In this document: in pieces, positions 55,466 through 64,000 of the stretch
Layout: each line of letters opens with the position of its first letter
Position numbering within the stretch: position 1 is the first letter of the stretch
Origin: Octopus vulgaris
Lineage: Eukaryota
Direction of reading: 5' to 3'
Assembly: GCA_951406725.2 (NCBI GenBank)
Contig: OX597815.1
Span: 20,832,001 to 20,896,000 of the forward strand
Length of the DNA: 64,000 nt
Notes under the pieces: model-generated
What the model was told of the DNA's origin: nothing
The model's database searches: none
The model's input: the letters and a program-made list of their open reading frames with translations, nothing else
Position numbers and translations under genes: made by a program

Positions 55466-58084
55466 TGTATGTATGTATGTGTGTATATATAAAACTTACC
55501 CTTTCGACAGTTTTTACGATTTATTCTTTACTTTTTATTCTTCTTTCATTCATTATACTACTCCTGACTCCTCACATGCCTGCAGCCAACCCATCACCGA
55601 AATAATCGTTTCCAGTTTCGATCAACAATGGTTGCCTCTGGAGAATTAACAATATGGTTGAGTAGCGAGAAGAGGAAGGTGGTTGATGGCAAAAGAAAGC
55701 AGAAAAATGGGCGGGAAAATCACTTTTGGACTCCATTCTTTTTACCTTCTATCCCTCTCCCTCTCTTTCTCTCTCTCTCTCTTTCTTGCTCTCTCTATTT
55801 CTTAATTCTTGTGACATTATTTTCCATGTGTAAGAAAAAGAAAATTGACGGGTGGTTCTAAGTCACTTATTGTTATTGTTTTTCATGTTTATAACTTTGT
55901 TATTTGATTGCAATTTTTCTGATTGATATTACGTTGTTGTTGTTGTTGTTATTGTTCGTTTTTTATTTACGTATTCATTTATTTCTTATTTAATTTCTTC
56001 TACTGTCTCCCATCATGTTTCTTTTCTTCCTTTTTTTTTTACTTCTACTTTTTCCTTCATTTTTTATCAAAGTCATATAATTCTTGCACTGAACTTTTTG
56101 CCTTATCGATTTACATCCTGTAGCTTCCTCAAGTATATTTTCGTCAATGCAATCTAATTTTTTTTATCTGTTTGTATAGTAATAATAATTTTTTTAGATT
56201 TTTTTTATTTCTTCCTTGTTCTCACTATTTACTTTTTACTCTTTGACTTTTTTCGAGTTTGTTCCTTTCCAATTTATATTTTCTGAAATTCCGTATTTTT
56301 TGTTGAAGCCACCATCCGAGTTTTAGGTTGCTTCATTTTTTTCCCTATGCTCTGGCTATGTTGCTCACTTTTACTACTCTTAATGCGTCGGTTAGAGTGT
56401 TATTATTATTACTCTGTATGCCGATGTGCGTGATTGTGTGCTCCCATGTTAATGCTTTTATCTTACTATATGTGTGTGTGAGTAAGAGACTATTGAATGT
56501 TTCGCCAGCCTAGAATCCTCAAATTTCCTGCTTTCTTTTATAAATGCCTATTTTTCTGAATTCTTTTGCTTCTACTTTTTATATTATTTTCGTTTAGCCT
56601 TTACAATTCCATTACCAATTGGATTTTTTTTTTTTCACAAGCAATTGTTTTCATTCGAAATATTCTCCAGGATCCAGAGAGGTTCCCTACTTTTTTGTTT
56701 GGCTTGTATTGTTAGCATTAGACAATTAAAAATCCTATTAATGGAAGGGATCAGTCAAAGTAAACTCAAATTAAGATTGACTTTAGTTCGAAATATTTCG
56801 TATATGTGTTGAAGACTTCTTCGATGTAAAATCTCAACAGTGATGAAATTCTCAGTAAGATTAGATGTTATAGTTACAGAGATCATATATCAGCAAAGAT
56901 AAGTGAATTTAAACAGATTAAACTTGTATATCAGAAATATGTTCAATAAATTTAATATCATATTCGAAACGAATGAAATGTGATGATAAATTCAAAATCT
57001 TCATAGTCTGAAAATATTTCTGCAACCTATCAAAATTTTTTTTCGATCATTTTGTTTGAAGTATTAAGTCAATAACTTGTGGAAATAGTTTTGGTATAAA
57101 CAACTAGAAATTATAAGTGAAGTAAGTGTCTGTCGTCGAAGTATCATGTTGTCTACTTATGGACATAATTTTGGAATAGATTAGAAATAATTCTAGGGGA
57201 AGCTTAAACTACTACTAATTTTAATGGTTTGTCTAAATACATAAACGTCCATACCTTGGAATTCTGAAGCAATATTTACAATAGGTTAGTCAGAGTAAAA
57301 CGGTCATTGCCCACGGACTTGCTGAAATTCACGTTGAAATTATATCTGAATGTCTTTTGTCATATCTTTTGGTATTTTTGGCTTCCTTTTGATCATAAAT
57401 CCCACTTATTTATGTATTGTATTTCGTCAGTATGTTTTGTCCTCAATGTCTTGGCTCTTGTGGTCAACAAAAGAAATCATTATCATTATCATCATGTTGA
57501 GTTGAGGTTTGGAGACAAGTCTCCACAAATCTCAAGAATCTTTCTTAGGATTCTTGAAGAATATGACATGGATCAAAAATGCGTTTCTCAGTCCCAGTAT
57601 CCTTTAGTCTAGAAAGCAACATAGGATAGTCAAGTGAAACTAGCAAAAGACTATAACGGTCCTATATTGAACCATTATTTATCTACATATTTTTCTGTTT
57701 CATATCTCATACTGAACATTTACAAAAGGTTTTGCTGCTTGTTGGTAGGAATATAAAGGCATAGCGGACATCCTACTCATAGCACATTTTATTTAATAGC
57801 CGAAATCACGCAATACACTTTATGCTCAATATAAACATCTCATATCTTATACACTTATCTCCCAATAAAATAACGTAAGTCAAAGATCATCAACTCTACA
57901 AATATACATATAACACAAAACATACTCTTACATATCTGACAACGATACCTCGTTGCGCACACAACCAGCAGCTCGCATAACTGTCACCCAATAATGTAAC
58001 ATAACCTTTACAATGTAATATACTCCACATTATAACTATTTGACATTAAAACGTATATAACTCAACTCATGCACCGCAAAATTT

Positions 58085-58615
58085 CAATGAGACCAAGAAT
58101 TGAGTATTACTGCTACAGCTGGGATGCTGTTGCCGCTACTGCTGCAATTGTTGCGGCTGCTGCTGCACCCACAGACACCTGAGACGTTATCTAGAGAAAG
58201 GCCGCTCTTCTGGTTGGTATAAAATCACTCACAGGCCCACAGGTTTGCTGTCTTCTCTCTTTCTATCTCCCCACTCTCTCCCTCTATCTCTCTACCCCTT
58301 CTCTCTGCTTTTCTACCGCTACTATGATGGCTTCTGTTCCGTGCATTTTTCTAATCTCGTATCTTCTTTACTCGGGTATTCTTGATACACTCTTCATTTC
58401 TTTTTATCATTTCCCTTTCCTGTGCTCAATTCCCACCCCCATTGCTCTCTGCTCAAACTACTAGGCCTTGTCTTTCCTCCTCAGAACATCGGCTCTCTGG
58501 AATCCCAAACTCTGTTCATGTCTTTCCTTCGGATGCCGCCTTGCAATAACTTACGTGACACATTAGAACATCGATCTCTTCAGCCAAAGAGAGCTTGCAA
58601 AGGCATTTGACACTG
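58085..58615 (+). mobile_element. Degenerate Jockey/CR1-group LINE C-terminus
   Basis: RPRIEYYCYSWD, RKAALLVG, AHRFAV, FYRYYDGFCS. Confidence 0.65.
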
Positions 58616-58972
58616 CTCTTTTATCCATAGCCGGCAAGTAACAAAACGAAAACATGTTAAAACAAACACCCACCCACCACTGAAATATTGGATAATAAAT
58701 ATTCTACGCAACAAACAGGAAATGCGTAACAGCAGAAACAATAAAGCAGATATCACAAACAAAAAAGCCAGAATTGGGGTAGCATAGAAACTCTATGCTG
58801 TGACCGGGATGTTTTCTTTGCAACACAAAACCAAAGCGTTAATACACAAGAAACTACCAAATATATATAATAGCGAAGCAGAATACAATATGTAATTTCA
58901 GAAGATACTGAAGATCTGAAGGTAGGGGAGACAGAGACAATCATAATGTTTCTAGCTGTCTTGTATTAATCA

Positions 58973-59030
<58 letters not shown>

Positions 59031-59153
59031 ATGTATGTATGTATGTATGTATGTATGTATGTACTTGTAAATTGAGGATCTAATCATTAAAATGATTATA
59101 TCAGTGGCTAGCCTATAAAAAATACCCACCATATCGGTAAAATTAATATCTAA

Positions 59154-59467
59154 GTATATAACTATAAAAATGTAATTATAATTAAGGGCGCTAGAAGGCA
59201 AACGCCAGTACACTAGAAGTAGATGTCAAATGTCTACAAGGCACTCTAAATTTGTTTTCTATTTTATTATAACTCAAGACTGAATGCGAGGGAATGGGCA
59301 AGAAGATTTAGAAAATTTTGGATAGCTCTAAAATTTTGCCATTTCCCTTGCATTCAGACTTGTGTTATAATAAAATAGAGAACAAATTTAGAATGGCTTG
59401 TAGATATTTGTATTGGCGTCGGCCTTCCAGCATCCTTAATTATAATCATATTTTTATAATTATATAC
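59154..59467. repeat. Imperfect palindrome with ~150-bp arms (foldback element)
   Basis: 59154-59312 pairs with 59328-59467, with a 16-bp indel in the left arm. Confidence 0.85.
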
Positions 59468-59496
59468 GTAAAAAATATATGTGTTATCTTTTATAT

Positions 59497-59840
59497 TTTA
59501 CTAGTTTCAGTCATTAGACTGTGGCCATGCTGAGATCTCTCTCTTAGAGAACCGCTAAGTTACGGGACGTAATCACACCAATAGCAGTTTTCCTGCAGTA
59601 GTGCGGGACAAACACTGACACAAAGGCACACACACACACATACACAGACATATATAATGTTATAAATATATATATACGACGGGCTACTTTCAGTTTCCGT
59701 CTACCAAATCCACTCACATGGTTTTGGTCTACCCGAAGCTATAGTAGAGGACAATTATCCCAAGGTGCCACGTGGTGGGGCCAAGCCCCGGAAGCATATG
59801 TTTGGCAAGCAAACTTCTTACCAGAAGCCACACCTGCACC
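59497..59840 (-). mobile_element. SINE type A, internally deleted
   Basis: Homology to 351-710. Confidence 0.88.
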
Positions 59841-59853
59841 TATAAGCTCCGCC

Positions 59854-59895
<42 letters not shown>

Positions 59896-60736
59896 TGTAT
59901 GTATACATGCATACATGCATACATACATATATACATACATACATACATACATACATACATACATACATACATACATGCATACATACATACATACATACAT
60001 GCATGCATACATATATACATATATACACACACATATACATACATGCATACATACATACATACATACATACATACATACATACATACATACATACATACAT
60101 ACATACATACATACATACATAATATATGTAATGGAGCAATCACCAAGAGACTGATTTGGGAGATTTGAAGAAAACGAATTTTTTTCACTTTATATAAGGA
60201 AGCACTAATGTACAAACCACGGGCTTATTGCACTGAAGAAAATGTTCTAGATAAGGATAAAACAACAGGAGGAATAAAAGAATAAAGATACATAAATTCA
60301 AAGGGAATTTCTCAAGATAAGAGAGAGAAAAATGTGACAAAACCTGCTCAATATCCGATAAGGTTCGATCGAGTGCAAGTGAACCAGTGTGAAATCTATC
60401 ATTTCTCAAAAGCTTTGGCCTAAAACTTTAGATGGACGGTCTTATTTTAGCTGCACTTGATCAATGAATAGTCGTAATAAAAAGCTACAAAAAATATTGA
60501 AACTAGAATCTAAAATTAAATGCAAGACAAAGCAATCGGGATACAAAAACGACTGGTTTCACTCCTACAAACAACATACTTGACCAGTTGGTACTGATGT
60601 GCATTCTGTAAGATTCAGGATTCTAATACTTCGACATGACTAAGTAGTGTGAGCATGCACCACAGTGTGACAATAATATGACGATGATAATCAAAAACAT
60701 ACCTATCCAGGCTGACAAGTCTGTCAAAGTGAAATT

Positions 60737-61315
60737 GTTAGTTAGTTAGTTAGTTAATTTGGCTCAAAAGCAAATAGCAAGGCCACGTAGGGGGACATGG
60801 AGTTAAGTACAGGGTGGTGTTCATGTAAAGAGTTCAGGCCACTTGAGGTCAAGGGAGGCTTTGAACAAAGCGGTCGTCGGCATCTTCACCATCTCGTCTG
60901 GCAGCTTGTTCCACGGATCCGCAACCCGGACGGAGAAAGCTCCTCTCCTTCGATTGAGATGAAATCGTCGCAGGTAGAGCTTTTCGGAATGACCCCCGCA
61001 GCCGACGCTCTGGAGCAGGAGTGAAGAACAGCTCTTTCGAGAGGTTACACTTTCCGCTTATGATGTTGTGGGCGAGAATGAGATCACCACGGCGGCGGCG
61101 TTTTTCTAGAGAATAAAGGTCGAGCGTCCTCAGCCTTTCTTCATAGGAAAAATTTTGAGACCATGAACCATGCGGGTAACCAGCTTCTGGACTCTTTCGA
61201 GATGCTGTATGTCTTTGAGGAGATAAGGAGAAGGGGCTTGAATCCCGTACTCCAATATGGGTCTCACCAGCGTGACATAGAGTGGTAGGAATATGGCTGC
61301 TGTGAGCATTCCGAA
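60737..61315 (-). mobile_element. CR1-like LINE 3' portion (same family as 45270)
   Basis: LYVTLVRPILEYG..LERVQK..RRRRGDLI; (TAAC)n tail. Confidence 0.93.
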
Positions 61316-61530
61316 TTGGAAGTTATCATCAAAGACATGAATGAAAATAGGAATATCTTGATAAACATTGCGAAAACCTAAGATGTACGAGAAGTCGAAA
61401 AACTATCGAAGAATAAATGAAAGTGGAAATAACCAATATGTGAAGTACGAAAGTAGAAGTAGTATCAATCATGCTAGGGACACCATAGGAAAAATTACGA
61501 GCAGACTCATAAAAAAGAATCATGCCAGAG
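61316..61530 (+). mobile_element. Possible very old Dong-like endonuclease fragment
   Basis: ILINIA..EVEKLSK..KVEVVSIMLG resembles the RLE C-terminus. Confidence 0.35.
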
Positions 61531-61967
61531 TTCAAAATTTAACACATGGGTTAAAATATAACACTTAAATACATAGTTGCACTTTAAACGCAGCACATAT
61601 TCAGTTAATAGTACAATTCACCCAGTTCGTTCATCTTCCAATACTATAACACGATTTACACACCACATACGCAGTACAGCCACCACCCAATAAAATAACA
61701 CAATTTAACACATATTCTACAGTCATTTTTAAATGCCATTTAAAAAGAAAATTTCACAATAAAAATACGAAATACTAAAATGTCACAATGAATAACGTAA
61801 AGCAGAAAATTAGATATAACATGCAAAAAACACCTTCCCCACTCTTCCAAATGTCGATAGGGCACACACTTCAGGAAAACAACTATGCACCTGGCAGAGC
61901 AGAAAAATACTAGCGTGAAACTAGCGAAAACAGCAACAAGAATAACATCTGCAGTAGCAACAGCAAT

Positions 61968-62046
61968 AGTGATGATGATGATGATGGTGGTACTACTACT
62001 ACTACTACTACTAATAATAATAATAATAATAATAATGGTGATGATG

Positions 62047-62111
<65 letters not shown>

Positions 62112-62116
62112 GGTGG

Positions 62117-62147
<31 letters not shown>

Positions 62148-62175
62148 GATGATGCTGATGATGATGATGCTGATG

Positions 62176-62207
<32 letters not shown>

Positions 62208-62277
62208 AATGATGATGATGATGCTGATGATGATGATAATAATGATGATGATGGTGATGATGATGATGATGATAATA

Positions 62278-62323
<46 letters not shown>

Positions 62324-62331
62324 GTAATAAT
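61968..62331. repeat. (ATG)n/(AAT)n compound trinucleotide array
   Basis: Direct inspection; source of poly-M and poly-H ORFs. Confidence 0.98.
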
Positions 62332-63256
62332 GCTTATTTCAATACAATTCCATAGAACCGAAACCACAAAAATGTAACAAAAAACTACATCCACTCAAGG
62401 CAAGAAGTCTTAAATTTAAGACGACTGAAACAACAACAATACTGATCATAATAATGATGATGATGTTCATTTTATGTTATTTTATGTTCATGGCAACAAT
62501 TTCAACACCTAAGACCATTCCAACTTATTAAGCACAATTTGTCTGAAACACTAATCATTATCAACAGAAATGTATTTCTGTCTTTATCTTAAATGCCAAA
62601 CAATAAAATATTGATAGATAGACAGATACATAACGAGATAGTTTGATAGATAGTTTGGAGAGAGAAAAGGTTGCCCTGATTCCAGGAAATTAACTCTCGT
62701 CAACTCTCGGTGCTGTTGTGAATAGTCGAGAATGTAGCCCACACTTTCGTTTTAACATAAAAATAACACCGCCTTCTGTCAACTCGTCTTTTATGCATAC
62801 ACACTTGCTTTTCTCGTTATTTGACAAATACTTCGACTGAACAGCCTTCTCAAGTGCTCTGACAAACACTCCAAAACGCCATCAAACAGTAAAAATCTTC
62901 AACTCCACTGTCATCATATCACGCATAAAAACATGCGTGTCAACCAGCTACCGACCGCTAAGATCAATCGAGGAGCATGCCTGCTCGCACGTGACTGACG
63001 TCACCATCGACCAAGTATTTTTCTACGCGCCAGATGGTATCCGGTCATTCTAAAATCAAGAGTGTATGGTGTCCGTTAGTTCCTGTTTGCATTTATCCTG
63101 CACACGCAAATGTGTATATGTGCGCGTAGATCCCAGACTAGCCACATTTTCACCCACTCTTCCTTCTACAACTGTTTATATTTATCCGTAAATCATAGTG
63201 TTTTTAGAAACACGTGTTTATGCATGCATAATTCTGTTTCAGTGAACCTTTTTTCC

Positions 63257-63309
<53 letters not shown>

Positions 63310-64000
63310 GGCGTTTGGTCTAGAGTTTGACAACTTCGTTACTCTAATCTTGACATTTCAGGAAGAAATAACAAAGCAAAACGAAACAAAAAGTTGTAAT
63401 TTGTATGACCTACTCAGGCTACTCAGACTACTCCCACTGTGGTGCTCCAGCACTGCCAGAATACTATTGATTTAAACCAATTTAAAACACGCACTCGCAG
63501 ACGCATAGACAACACATACACTCACACACACACACATACAACATCTTATCGCACGAGCACATGTATAGACATATTACATAAGAACGAATGCTTCTGCCTA
63601 AAAATATATTGTGTGCAGAATTCCATGTTAACGAGATACTCGTCAATTAAGCATAGTTCCTTCTGCTTTCAGCAGTGAGCTGCACAACTATAATATAACA
63701 TGTATGTACAACTAACACTTCAGGGAAATTAATTTACATATTTTGCATAGAGCTTATGTATGCAAGAGACTTAAAATGACCGCCAACCGGATGTTGTAGT
63801 ATTTTAGTTTCTAAACTGAGCTACAAATATATAAAATAAATTATACTTTCTGTAGATAACCGTTTGAGATGGTTGATATTTGCACCGTCTTCTATATATT
63901 CCAACATTAAAAAAAGAAGAAGCTATATTTAAATGCGCAAATTAGGGAATGTCTATGTAGTCGACTTACCTGCTGAAAATAGCAACCAAATCTCTCTTAA

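Noticed and set aside
63962-64000. Minus-strand CAGCAGGTAAGT, recursive-site-like
   Set aside because: Short pyrimidine tract, and it resembles the dispersed GATTTGG(C/T)TGCTATTT repeat seen near 14716 and 16448

Overview
AT-rich, repeat-saturated animal DNA that appears intronic or intergenic. The SINE families and the extreme density of (TA)n, (CA)n, (TATG)n, (GATA)n and (ATT)n match my recollection of Octopus-type cephalopod genomes (recognition only, not a database result). No intact host gene is supported; nearly all listed ORFs are microsatellite translations. Recognisable content: about 20 tRNA-derived SINEs of four types; decayed LINEs (CR1-like, RTE-like, R4/Dong-like); a Gypsy remnant with a putative LTR; a non-autonomous Helitron; Tc1/mariner MITEs and fragments. 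The most interesting signal is seven minimal type-I hammerhead ribozyme (HHR) motifs, most slightly decayed, whose helix III is reduced to a palindrome. They lie in short non-coding elements, mostly next to (TA)n. Two sit in the loop of long inverted repeats and three carry a compensatory U3-A8 core. This suggests a Penelope-related, non-autonomous ribozyme retroelement system. Also notable: a strong recursive-splice-site-like YnCAG|GTAAGA motif and SINE concatemers with an invariant junction.
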